Shown here piece after piece: positions 36,656 through 50,000 of a stretch of DNA of 64,000 nucleotides; positions within the stretch are counted from its first letter, which is position 1, and each line of letters opens with the position of its first letter. The notes below the pieces were generated by a model. That model saw only the letters and a program-made list of their open reading frames with translations, was not told the DNA's origin and ran no database searches. Both the position numbers and the translations under genes were made by a program. Origin of the DNA: Podarcis erhardii (Eukaryota); assembly GCA_964252035.1 (NCBI GenBank), contig OZ176200.1, one strand, 5' to 3'.

Positions 36656-38999
36656 AGCAAGAGATTGCCATGTGTAAAATGAGAACTGGGGATCAGAGTA
36701 GAGAGAGACTGTGAAGCCCCTTGTGTATTAACAGCCTAATCTCAAACTCAGGTGTGTCTTACCCTATATGGAATTGGGCTTCACAAGATAAACATTTGGA
36801 AGAGGGGAATCTGCAGACCTCCAGATGTTGCATGACAGCTGGGGTTGATGGGAGTTGGAGCCTAATAACACCTGGAGGACCAAGGATTCCCCACCCCAGT
36901 TCTGAACAATAGTGCTTAGCAATTAGACTTGAAAGTTATATTGTTTTTTATTTATTCTAATTGAATTTTAACTTTTCAAGAACATTGGGAACACTGAATA
37001 GATTTACTGGTTAACCTGAAAAAGTGGCATAGCCTGCTCTCCTTTAGCTTTAACAGTGGTTTGATGTGAAGATTTTCAGAAAATGGTGATAACCATTACT
37101 AATATCTTTTCCACATCATGTAGTTGCTAAAAGCACAGCTACAGTGGTAAAATGGTAATCTCAGTACCAGGACAGGAATTTTCCACTGGATTAGAGAAAA
37201 TTTTCATTTTGAAGAAAACCTTACAAGAATGGCTAGTTTGTATGAGAGAACCAGCAACAACAGTTAATTGCAATATTCTGCTCTTGTGGCTCTAGAAGAA
37301 GAAGAAAAAGTGAGGTTGTTTACTCCTGTGTGGGTGGGGGTGTTCTGAAATTCCTGGGAAATGAAGGTTCCAGGGTACACCAGGAGTCTCCCCACTTCAC
37401 AGTCACCTTGTGCTGCTCCTGCCCTCAGGGGCAACATCTCCTGCCAAAAGAAGGCTGTGGAATTTGGTCCATACTTCCTCTGTTGATGGGCAGCTGATGG
37501 AATCAACCAAAATGCTGTGGTGGGCTCCTCAAATGTTCCTGCCCATTTTTTCATTAAGCTGTTGGCAGATCAGTCAGCAGCTCCTTTGGTTCTATATTTA
37601 TCTTTGAAACTATATTTTCCTGGGACGCAGACGCACATTAAGTAGGATAACATCACGAAGTGAGTTTGGAGTGAGGACAGTCGTTCCTGCTCTCCCTCTG
37701 AATGGGCAAACATAGTTACCCCCTCCCTTTGCAGACCCCCTTTTAAAAAAGGAATCCCTGACCATTATTACAGCAGGAGAAAGCTTTTGTGAAAGTTGTT
37801 CCCTCTACAGCTTCAGCTGAGCCCTTTCACCATTTTAAATCCAAGAACTACAGAGCTGTTGAATAAGTAAAGCCAAGTTAACTCTGCACAGTTTGAAGTA
37901 TCCAGCTGCTCTGTCAAACAGTGCAGTTAATTTTTTGTATGTGCTTTTCCCTTCCATAACAAGGAGACTACTTTATCAGATATGTTGGATAGCCCACGTT
38001 TCCTTCAGAGGACTTTTCTCTGTCAAGTGGGGCCTCTTGGCAAGAGCTTCATCATGGCACAGCTTCATCATGGCAATTTTTTCTCTGTCAAGTTGATGTC
38101 CTTTCTTTGGGCTGGAGCTAAACATGACATCCAAGTGCTTTTGTGTTAATGTTGTAAATACTTGCATTTGGAGCTGTATTCCAAATATGGTCATATCCTG
38201 AATGCTACTTGTGATTAAATATTGACATTTATTTTTGAACTCTTTTTAAGAGGCATGGCTGTATTTAGAATATTGGTCTGCCAAGAATCAGCATATAGAC
38301 ATTTTCCTTTGAGTTTCATAAATACTGGTACATATTTTCAAGATCTAAAAAAGTAAAGCTTGCCAACTAATATTGTTTCATCTAAAGAGGGAGTGTGGAC
38401 CAGGTAAGCTGTTGTGGGTCATCGTTCACTCAGTTGACACTGATTCCTTTTAGAGAAAGAAACGCTCTTGCATAGTGCTCAGGCCTTTTGTGTTGTCACA
38501 TGTTTGATCTGATAACAAGGAGATCATTGAGCAAATGATGGGTGCAATCCAAGTGCGCTTCAGACCCATTGAAACAAGTGGGATTTAAGGGCTAACTGCC
38601 TTTTGCATTCTACCCTGTGGTCACTGGGCTATATATAGTTTGGCTTGGCAAGGGGAGGAGATCATTTGAAACTCGGGTTTCAAGCCTTCAGTGTGCAGCT
38701 ACAAAGAAAATATAGCAACTGGTGAGTCAGACTTTCCCCCCACCTTCAGTTTGATTCAGGTTGCACAAAACCCTCTGAGGGAACAGATCAGATGAGGCAA
38801 AACAAAATATGTCGCTCTGTTTGCTAACAAGGAGAGACTGGTTTTCAAAATGACAAGTGGGACCTGCAACAAAATGATGTGGCGTATTGCCACCCCCGAG
38901 GAATGCTCTTGTTCAGGGCTTTTACCAGCCTAGAATAGAAGCCTTGTAGTGCTGTTCAAGCTGTCCAGGAGGTGGGGGAGAGGGGGAGGGGAAAGGACA

Positions 39000-39418
39000 C
39001 ATTATTTAAGGTGCTCACACTAGTGTTTAAAGCCCTAAATACTGTGTCTGAAAAACTGCCTCGTTCCCTCCTCCTTTCCTACCTCTTTCCCTCTCTGATC
39101 TTGGTAGTTCCACTGCCCCCAGAAGTTTTGGGGCTAGGGTGTCCGGGGCAGAGTATTCTCTGTGGTAGTCCCTAAATTGTGGAATTCCCTCACAACAGAG
39201 GTGCACCTGGCCGCTTCACTGTACAGCGTTTGTCATATGCTGAAAACACGCCTCTTTATCCTGGCCATTGACTCTATCTTTTGGACCCACTCTAATTGTG
39301 ATCATAATTTTTTAAAATATGTTTTTAATGCTGTATTTTATTTTTCTGTAACATGCTCCCCCCCCAGGGCCTTTCTGATGTAGGATCAGTAATAAATTTA
39401 ATAAAATAATAATAGTAG
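39000..39418 (+). mobile_element. L2-like LINE 3' end
   Basis: GTGTTTAAAGCCCTAAAT, GTGGTAGTCCCTAAATTGTGGAATTCCCTC and an AATAAA-rich tail. Confidence 0.65.
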
Positions 39419-41772
39419 CAATGCACTTCCCAGGGTATTCCCTGAATAGCTCCGTAGACACCCATCAACTTTGCTTATGTTTCCAAAAGGCACCACATAA
39501 GGCAGGCAGCAAAGAACTGATTATTCTGTAACTTGACCATGTGCTGGGAAAGAGTTAATTGTCCTGTAAAAAGTTTGTTGTTGCCTAGGGACCAGTATTC
39601 ACACAGCCTGCTTATATTTGCTTTATGCAAACAGAATATGGCACTAGCTACTAGCTTGCATGACTTTACTTGCGCTGAGTGCCATGACTAAACTGGGAGA
39701 AAGAGTTCAAGAGGTAGACAATTCCGATATCAAGGACTTAATTTAGGAACTATGGATGAATAAAATAAACCTCTCAATAAGAAGACCAACAATTACATAG
39801 TAAGTTTATAGGAGACAACAGGAAACACCATAGATTTGTAAACACTTCAGAAAAATAATTAGTATGAACCAGTGAGAATTTAAAGCCCCAATATGCTGGA
39901 ACTTCTGGATTGTACACAATCCCATTTATGATCACAATCATAAATGTACATAATCCCATTTATGTCTGGTTGATTTCAGCAATTAATGGATGCTTTTCTT
40001 CTCATCTATTCATTGTAAGTGGTGTTTGGAGGAAAGGCATTCTAGCTAGGAAACTGGGTTATTGCACAGTCTGTACTGGAGTATTTTGAACATGTTTAGG
40101 TGCATAGTACTTCCTCTGTGTATGTCTTAGAGGAAGGGATTAAACTAGTTATTGTCAAGGGAGGTCAATATTGTGCCTGCGTGTACACATGGAAGGCCCT
40201 GATCCACAGAAAATGAATTGGTGACTGATGTGTATGACAGCTCTCCCCCACTGCCATCTATGTGCCCCAAATGCAAGTGGCAAGGAGAGCCATTTGTGGA
40301 AGCCTGTTGCTGCTTTATGTTGCTGTCAGTCTGCATAAAAGGAAAGCTGTTGACTTGGCCAGCCATAATGGTTTGTTTGGATTTTTTTCATTGCTCCCAC
40401 TGTGTAAATACTTTTAAAGCTGGATAAACACATATTAAATTTTGAAGTAGACACCACTGTTTAGCTGTTTGACTGGCAACAAATTTGGAAGGACAATCCC
40501 TTTTCAGTGGAGTGTGTATTTGTCTTCCGTGTGAACTTAAACAGGCTTTGGAGGATTCAGCCAACATAATTCATGAATACCATTTTGCAGTCGGCGTAAG
40601 CATTGGAGTTGTGCTGGCAACCTTGAATCCAAATTGTGCTCTGTATATTTGAAGATCGCATTAATAATTGTGGAGTGCTTTGATATATTGTGCAGATAAT
40701 GAATCTCTTGTGGCAGGACCCTCAACCATGGCAGCCAGAGGACCTGGTCAGGGTCTTTGAGATCCCCAGCATGACCCTGTTATACTCTTACCACACTCCA
40801 CACAAATTATCCAGGATGGAAGGGGTGAAGGGCTGAGACACCATTGGGGGCTACTGTAGGCCATAGCCCTGCTTCCCCATTCCATTTAAGGGTCAAGAGG
40901 GTGGAGAAGTGAGAAATTTGCAAGCCGGTGAGGAGGGGAGTAAATTTCACATTATTGTCTAGGATTGCTTCTAATGCCAAAATAGGGATTTCTCAGAATA
41001 CTGACAAAGCAAATTGGACAATATTGTGAATAAAAGAGGAAACTTTCCTTGCAGGTTAAAAATTTTATTTGTTTTTATCAGTCTTGCTGCCCTTCTGCCC
41101 CAGTGCTGTCTAGTTAAGCTGCAGCACGGCTGTGGGGAGTTGGGAGTATAACTCCACAGCTCTAGCCCATCATACTCGCTGCTACTGCATGACGGTCAAA
41201 AACAATATTCAAATCAGAACATTATCTGACCTAGCAAGGCAGAAGCTAGCTGGAATAGAAAGCCAGCAGAAAACAGAAAGAGGGGGGACCAGGTGAGCCT
41301 CATGGGACAAGGTTCTCCACAGCCTGGATGCTGACACACAGATAGGGTCTTTTCTCAGGCCCCTACCGACTGCTGCTTAATTGGTCTTCAAATGTGGCAA
41401 TTCTGTAACTCTCCCTGAACCATGCTGGCATTCCAAGGAAGTTCTGTTGGTTATGGTTTGGCTGAGATGCAAAGGAGAAGACTATTAGTAAGGTAGTGAC
41501 ACAAAGCCACCATGCATCAGGGGTTGGAGGGGGGTCTGGGCAAAATCCTCAGTAGGCACCCTGCAGCGATCAACCCGCCCCCCCCCCCAAATAAGGAGGC
41601 ATATTGTACAGGGTTTTAAGTAGGGAAGTCCAGTGAATTCATAATCTTCACCCTTCCATTTCATCCAACTTTTCTGTGAAAGCTTATTCTCTTCCAAGGT
41701 CGGGCAGAGCTTGATGGGTGGTTGCCTCTGGATGCAGTGTCAATCTAGGAACAGAGCATCTCCCCACCAGTA

Positions 41773-42470
41773 GGAGAGAGTCAGTGTGGCCTTTGCCCTC
41801 CTAAGTGTGTGACATCATACTGGGTTCATAAGTAAAATGACTAACCAATAGGAACCCAAGGGGAGGAGTTAGAGTTAGAGTGGTTAAGAAGTCAGTCTGG
41901 AGTTACGAGAAGAGAGACGGAGGATAAGTCTGTGGTTGGGCTAGTCTGATGTGAGAGAGTGAGATAATCTGTTAAGAGGAGACAGTCAAATAGTTGAGAT
42001 AATCAGTCAGAAGGTATTAGGAAGGTATAGGCCAGTAAAGAAACTAAGGTTAAGAAACTGACAAGAAAATTATCTGAGAAACCATAAACTTGATAACGCT
42101 TATAAAATAAACTTGTTTATTTGGTTTAATGTTAACAACTGTCTGGACTCAGTGTGTACCCGAGAGTAACGGGTTGGTGGCAGCGGGGAAGCGAGCACAG
42201 TGGTGGCACAGGGATCAATAGACCGTCAAACGTCCAGGGACCCTGTATGATCACCACAGTCAGTATAGTGTAGTGGCTAAGAGACTGATGAATGAGGAAG
42301 TCCCTGGTTCAATTTTTGCCTCAACTCACTAGGCGGCCTTAGGCAAGTCACTATTTCTTAACCTCATACAGCAATATGGGGAGTAATCATGACTGTCATA
42401 CATAGGGTTGCTACAGGAATTACAGCTGGATAATGCGTTTCAAGCACTTTGGATATTTAATGCTGTGCAA
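41773..42470 (+). mobile_element. tRNA/MIR-like SINE split by the solo LTR
   Basis: Joining the flanks restores GAGAGTCAG|TATAGTGTAGTGGCTAAGAG...GTCCCTGGTTCAA...CCTTAGGCAAGTCAC, an A/B-box head plus core-like body. Right end approximate. Confidence 0.65.
41785..42258 (+). mobile_element. Solo LTR (474 bp)
   Basis: TGTGG...CCACA termini, perfect 5-bp TSD GTCAG (41780-41784 and 42259-42263), CCAAT box near 41846 and AATAAA near 42106. Confidence 0.88.
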
Positions 42471-43477
42471 ATACCCTCCTCCTCTTGTGTCTGCTTAGCT
42501 CTGGAGCGCTAGGCGAGCAGTAGACTGGCAGGAGTAGCCATTTCATACCTAAAGTTGGTGTCAGTAGGTTTCCAGGCCACATCTCGTCCTGCCAAGTTTC
42601 TGGCATAACCACATTAAAATAAGATTTTTTTAAAACAAGTAGTAGACAGTTAATGAATTGACACCTATGAGATCACAACCTCATTGAATTAAGTGAAATT
42701 ATTTTGCCTACTAATGAAGCTCTATTACAATTACCATTTCAATTGTGTGAGGGGGAAAACAGGGTTGGAGAGAGAGATTTGGAAGAGAGATTCTTACTCT
42801 TTGGTAGCAGAGGTAGTACAATGCTGATTGCTCCAAGTACATAAAAACTTGGTTAGATTTATATCTGCCATCATCCTCCTTTAAACGAACATTCCCCATA
42901 AAAATATTTAGGCTAGAATAAATCATAGACGCTTAGCTTTGCAAATAAGTGAATCTTTTACTCAGAGTTTCCAGAAATTACAGCAAGCAAGTCTCCATCT
43001 GCTAGAAGTACAGTAAAATGAAGATAAAAAACAGAAGGTTCAAAACAACTTCAAAATAAAAATAGTTGGTTTGTTTATGAAAAGGATTGTGCAGTTTTTG
43101 GATTAGCAAAGATGCAGGCTGTAAAATCTCCCTTTTGGAAATATTCAATTCACCTGGTTTTTCTTGCAGCTAGAAGAAATTGACCACATGGCTCCTTCTT
43201 GTTCCAGGAAGCAAGAAAATAAAGAGAAGGATCGGGTGGGGGAAGCAGAGGCTGCTGAGACCCTGCAAAACCACACCCACTCTGGTAACTTGAGCTCAGG
43301 GGTCAGTTTAACCATTTCATGCACATATGTGTGAGTCAATAACTGTGTATTACTACAGGTGGCCCTTGTTGCTGACTATGCCCCATTGTTGACAGAAAGC
43401 CTGAGGAGTGAAGCCTGCTTTCTGTGTGCAGGACTCCCCCTTGTGATTTAGAGCACTCTGCAATCAGGGTTCTAAAT

Positions 43478-43613
43478 CAGGCATCCCCAACCTGCGGCCC
43501 TCCAGATGTTTTGGCCTACAACTCCCATGATCCCTAACTCACAGGACCAGTGGTCAGGGATGATGGGAATTGTAGTCCAAAACATCTGGAGGGCTGAGGG
43601 TTGGGGATGCCTG
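43478..43613. mobile_element. Palindromic 136-bp hAT MITE (same family as 9571-9706)
   Basis: CAGGCATCCCCAA...TTGGGGATGCCTG. TSD TTCTAAAT / TTATAAAT (7/8). Older relatives lie near 4350-4465, 27690-27800, 44815-44930 and 51820-51925. Confidence 0.88.
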
Positions 43614-43990
43614 TTATAAATCATACAGCATGTTTCCAGGTGTCCAGCAGCCCCCCTTCTTCAGACATTATTCCAAAACATAGACAGGTGGGGGAGGGAC
43701 TAGCAAGCAGGGCCCTGATCTTGCCCTTGCAAAATTATAATGTAAGAACATAAGAAAAGCCTGCTTGGTCTAGTCCAGCATCCTGTTCTCACAATGGCCA
43801 GCCAGATGTCTGTGGGAAACCAGAAGGCAGAGTGTGCATACTGGGCGGGGTGGGGGTGGGGAGCTGTGTTGCGTTGCCTTTCCCTTTCCTCGCTCTCTCC
43901 CTTCCTGGCCTTGCAGGAGAGGGCGGGGGACTACACACAGGGCTGGCACTGCTTTGCCGCACTCCTGGTGCTGTTTGCCCCACACTCCTG

Positions 43991-44072
43991 GCTGCGAATA
44001 TAAGCCACACTTTAACTTTTCACGGTTAGAATTTGGGGGAAAGGTGAGGCTTATATTCAGGCCAATACAGTA
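43991..44072. mobile_element. Tc1/mariner-type MITE fragment
   Basis: Inverted GAATATAAGCC / GGCTTATATTC and terminus CAATACAGTA. Confidence 0.55.
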
Positions 44073-47000
44073 TAACTGCTTGAGGGTGAAGACCTGAACA
44101 CACCTCCTGGTGCTTCTAGTTGTACTGACTTCAGTGAAAGTGATAAAAATGACAATATGCTAGTAATAGTGATATTTACACAGTTTATTTTTGTTTGTTA
44201 TTCCCTGACAGATTATATTTAGACTGCTTCTGATGCTTGTTTGTTCACAATCCACTCATTTTCCTGTGTGTCGCATGCCGAAACTTGCCACATTTCTCTG
44301 TGTGATTAAGTCAGATCCGTAGTTACATCTGTCAGGGCTGTTATGAAGACATAGCAGAATGTCAATCCCTTCAGCTCACTTTCTGGTTAATGAGATATGT
44401 GCATCTTTTACCCTAGTCAAACGGCCCGTTAGCGCATGAGGAGTTTCTCCTCTTTTCCTCTTTTCCTCTTTTCCTCTTTGCATGGAAAGGTTTGCAGCTA
44501 ATGATTTGGTTCTGTTGGGTCCAGTTGGCTTTGTGATTGTGATCTTTCTGTAAACCTGAATCCATTAATTTCCCACTCCCTCACTCAGTCTGACTCTCAC
44601 AGCTGCTTGCTATTCCACATTTTAAAGAAATCTTTTTTTATACCATAGTACTGGAGATATGCAAAATACATACCTTTATTTCATGGGGATTTTCAGCTCG
44701 AGGTCCTGTCCCCTCATTGTTGGGATGTAACCTTTCAGATAGAGATGGTAAGTGAAGACCTAGCTCAGGTTAGTCAGAAAAGTCATTCAGTTGCTGGCGT
44801 AGCAGGGATGGGTATTCCGTGGCCTTCCAGGTGGAGCTGGATTCCACCTCTCATCAGCATCAGCCAACGTGGCCAATAGCCATGGCAACTGTAGTCCAGC
44901 AGCATCTGGAGGGTCTCAGGTTCCCCATCTTTGCTGTAGTATCTGTCTTCTGCCACATCACTGCATATGTTTCACATGACAAAGAAATCTGTTGTCCAGA
45001 TTTAGAGAGTAATGTCAGAAACATTCCAATTTCCACTGTGCATGCAGAGGATTTCATGGGTCCATTGGAAAGCAGTGATAGTGAGTCTGAGGATGGCAAG
45101 GGCAATGGGATGGAGTCTCGTTCAAGGTGGCCAGCTGAGGTGGAGGATTCCTCTTAAGAGCTGGGTTCCCTCTAGAATGGAAGAAGCCCTCACGCAAGTC
45201 TTCATCTGCTGTCAGTGGTGCTTCTGTTTTCACTTTGCCGGGGGCACAGGCAAGATTCCTGTCTGACTCCTCTCATGAACTGAGAGTGACCCTCCAGAAT
45301 GCAGGCCAGAATCCAGCACCCAGAGAATTTGGGATCATGTTCTGTCAGGTGCTGCTGCTGTGGCTGAAGAACTCTTCAGTCCCCCCATTCCAGCGGTCCA
45401 GATCCAGTGCATCTGCAATTACCCACTTAGCAGTGGGCCTGAACAAGTGGCTTTCTCAGAGTGGGATTGTTGAGGAATGATGTGTGTTTAGTATATAAAA
45501 GTATGATAGTATTTAATATGATAGTATAGATTTCCCTCACTTGCCTCTCAAAATGTTAATTACCAGTAAATGACAACCTTCACCAAGTTTCTGACATTTG
45601 CTATAATGTACTACATACTTTTAAAAACTTAATATCTCAATAAAGGTACTAAGTGGCTGATCAAATAATAGCCTCATTTGCAACACATGAATTGTATATT
45701 AAAAAATTAACTATCCAAATAATGAAAGAAAATGGTTTGGAATGCTAAATAAATGATTCCAAAATGAATGGGGGAGGGGAGTTTATACAAAGATGTCTGT
45801 AGATTCCTGATGTGCCCCCGCACATCTTTCCTTCTGCAATATGTGCCTGAAACAACGTGTGCCCCAGATAGCTGAAAGGCTGCCCTGCTTCCCTACAGAG
45901 CCTTCCAGGCATCAAGAACAGTGGTAAAACTTTGTAGTTCTACCTCTCGGAAGCTTCTTTTTCGTGGTGGTGGCCTGGAAGAGGCTGTTCTGCATGGCAG
46001 CCCAAAGGCTGTGGAATTCCCTCCCCAAAGAGGGAATCTGGTTTCTTTCCTATGCAGCTTTTGGCAAATGCTAGAGATGTGCTGCTTCACCCTAGCCTTT
46101 GACATCCGGGATGTGTGTTTCCAGGGCTCACCCTGTTCTTGAGACTCTAATCTGTTTTAACTGTTTTTAATTCTGAAGGGAGAGATTAGCTCCAAAAGCC
46201 TGGAGCTGGTCCATACAGCACGGGGGTTATTAAATCTTGTGTAAAGCATCACACTGATTGCACTGTAAAAATAATGTGATATCTAGCCACTGGTTATTGC
46301 CACAATTTCTCCAGAGGAATTACTTTGTTTTGATCTGTCTCCCCAAGTCTGAATGTGGTCCTCTCTTGACAGCCATTCGCAAGGAAAGTTTACCATTTTT
46401 AATCCAAGCCAAATTAAAAAGTTGATATTTCTATTCATTGCTTTGTACCAGAAAGTAATAAAAATGTAATCAATGAAGTATAGGTGGCTGGGCATGGAGG
46501 ATTTGTGACAATCCTGAGAGTCCAGAGTTATTTCTATGTCTTTTATAAAGAGGAAAAAATAAAAGATCCTTTTATTTTAGGAGATAAATTTCTGCACTGA
46601 GTGCAAATATCAATAGAACATCAAATGCTTTTCAATTGCTAGCATCCATTTTTAGTAACTACTGTCCTTTGTGATGCATTTAACGCTCTAAAAATGTACT
46701 TGCTATTAACTCTGGGGCACAAATTATTGGTCAGTAGATGTAGTTCTTTGGTGGCTGTTAACAAAGTGTAGAGGGTGAAGAGCAATTGCTGAGCAAATCC
46801 CTGCAGCTGCACAGGATGACAAAATAACATATGTGACTGTTTAACTTCTTGAAAGATATGTTTTATTATTCTTCCTGCGAATACTGTAAATGATTGTTGC
46901 CTGAATTAGCACACTATGAGCAAGAGAAATTGATATACAAACAGGCTGGCATGCAGCTAATTTTGTTTAGCAAATTGAGATCTGATACCTGCTATTTCAC

Positions 47001-50000
47001 GCCCACTGCAAGCGGACTCAGTCACTCGTTGCAGGCAGCATACATATGAAATACCTATGGGATGAATTCTGGCAACCATCTGCAAACCCGAAACAAGTTC
47101 AATGGAGTTAGCAGCAATAACAGAGTTAACATTCCATTTGGAGGAATGGATTGATTTTTACGCACAAAGGCTGTAACATATTCTCAATGCCTCCCCACTC
47201 TTCTGGAAACAGGCCACATGCATCTTAGAGTTTAATGCTCCAAAATGAATTGGCTCCAGCATCGCACAACCATGGTGATGCAGGAACATTTTGGGAGAGA
47301 AGTTTCATTCTCATCATGCTTCGTCATATCCATGAGTGGTCTTCTCCTCTATTTAAATCTGAGGCATAGTTAAGATTTTCTCCAGACTTTCCAGCTCTCC
47401 ATATGTTTTGTAGGTGGGGTGAGATCCTTGTTTTCTTCACCATCAAGGGATGCTTTGTACCTGCTGAGAATTTGTCCAATTTCCCTTTGCTTGTGCATCC
47501 AACTGTGCATCTTAAAAGTACTTTCTGAACCAATAAGAAGGAATGTTGATCTCTTGATGGGTTGATTAGATTTGAAAATGTTTGAGCACCACAAAAATCA
47601 AAAGCCCATTTTCATAATTAAGACCTCACGATTATGCAATAAGGTAATTGTGCATATAATTGCATGCACAGCCAGTCGCTTAGCTATCTAACCATCCCTG
47701 CCTGGCATAGCTGGGATTGAAATATTGTGTAGAATAAATGTCTGTTGGGAGAGGGAACATACAACACTGGTGGCTGAAATTTGTGAAGATACCAAATTCA
47801 GGTATAATACTGTCATTTCCATCACATTGGAACCCTAAATTAAGAAATTCCGCTGGTTCTTCTGGAAAATATAATGCTTTCCATGACTTAGAAGGACTCA
47901 GAGGGTTTTCAGGCCAAGCATGGCCTTTCCTGATGACACCCGATTCAGCTGTGCCTTCCCTTGCCTAGACTACCAGGGTTTTCACTCTGGGGCTACCTCA
48001 GACCAAACAGTGTCACACACAGAACTGTATATCAATGGGTTGTTCAGCAAATCTACAAGATTAAGAGTTCAAGTGGGGAATTCTATCATAAAAACCAAGG
48101 ATGGGGAAATGGTTGGACTCCAACTCCTGTCAGCCAGCACGGCTCATGGATGTGGGTGTTTCCATGCTTGAAGAAACAAATCCGATGTATTGAAATAGAC
48201 AGTTTGGCACACCAGATCACCAGGTTCTTCTTTCAGGTCAGTTTTCATTGGCAAAACCCGGGTAAGAACAGCCGATAGTTGTAACTGACCTTGACGAAGT
48301 CACAGCAGGAAGTAATAAGTATCCATCTATTCACCACTGTCTTACAGAGGCCAATAAAACATATCAGGGTGAGGAATCAAAGTTATGTCCCTCACATATC
48401 TTTTGAAAAGGCTTGAAGAATGCTATCAAACCAATTTCAAAATAGACCATTAGTTTTATTTAGCAGGACACACAATGTGTTCTTTCCTTCCTAGGGTGGT
48501 GTCAATGAAGGCTGCAAATACATTTAGGTAATTATGATTTGTCCGTTTAGTGCAAGTTCTTTATCCCAAAGGTGTCCCTTGCAAATGAGTTATGCATATT
48601 TAACTCTCCGACAGCATGATTTCCATTAAAATTTACAGCTCAGGCCCCTGCCCATATACATTCGGAAGTAAGCCACATTGAGCTCAGCAGCACTTACTCC
48701 CTGAGAACTGTGTAGGGTTGTAGCCTTACAAAAACTAGTCATCCAGCCATCAAATTGTCATTCTTCCAAGTATTCACAGGCATAAAAACAGAAAAAGTTG
48801 GTCTTGCTTGTGTCTGCACTTCTAGATTGTGCTTGTTCAAAAGTATTTTATTTCCAAACTCTCATGAAGAAGCTGCAATATTTGAGTATCAGCACATTAA
48901 TCAAAAGTTGGTAAGACAGTAGAGGAGACATGGTTGGAATTCTGTGAGGGGAATTTTTTTTAACAGCTTCTACTAGCTGAGATTTGTTTGCAAAATTAAA
49001 ATTTATGCTCTCTCTCTCTCTCTCTTTCAAACACCCCCAATTTAGTATGCTAAGAAATCTACAGGTGTATATGGATTGGGTTTAGCAAGTGCTCAGCAAT
49101 TAAGTAATGCATATACCTGTGCATGCTGGCCAAACATTAGCTGAATACAAATTATATATTCTCACAACTTCTGCAATCTTGCAATACAGTATTTTAACAT
49201 TTTAATGCCAAACCATTTCCTCCAAAATGATCTTTCAGCCATTTTGCCGTAAAACATATTTTCATGCCAAACTAAATATGCTCTTAGTATTTTGACACAA
49301 CGTTGCACAGTGGCAGGTGGGGTGTGCATATGTGTAAAACACATGGGCCTCTTCCTTAAAAGTGTGGAATTGACAAAATGGAATGAAATTGATCTGCCAC
49401 CGAGAAGATTTGAAAACCACCTGCAATACTAGAACGTGCACCTGTGGAGAGCCACACAAGTCTCACAGTAGTAGCCTGCTAGTGTGCAGAGCGACAGACC
49501 ACCCCGCTTAAAAATAAATAAAATCTCAAGATTTTGAAATGTGCTGTCTTTCAATAAAGAGCTGCCTTTTGTTTGTGCCAATATTATATCAAACGCCTTT
49601 TGACCCGTCATCCATCATGGGATTCTGGCGAGAGGAGAAATATTAATGCTAGCACGGAAGTGCGAAAATTAAATATGTCAACAAAAATTCATAGCTACCT
49701 CTGTGGGCCATATTCTGAAAGACTTCTAAATATACTTCTAGTGACTTTGATGGTAATTCACTTGCCAGATGAATGAAGTGGACAAACCTGGGGGGAGGGG
49801 GGGGCAAGATGTCCTTTCTTCTGACTTTGTTGCCAAGCTTCTCAGTATTTTGCCAAGGTGCTTACTGCTTTCAATAAAATGTCTGAAATAAAATCAGTAA
49901 TCAGGTAATTTTTGGGGACTATGTACGGACTGTCAGTGCATAACTATATGATATATCTGCCTAGCCTTAACACTGGTGGACTGTTACCCCTTGAACTCCC

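Noticed and set aside
43423-43433. TGTGTGCAGGA resembling the start of ERBB4 exon 2
   Set aside because: No preceding AG acceptor, and the following sequence does not encode TENKL and soon hits a stop.
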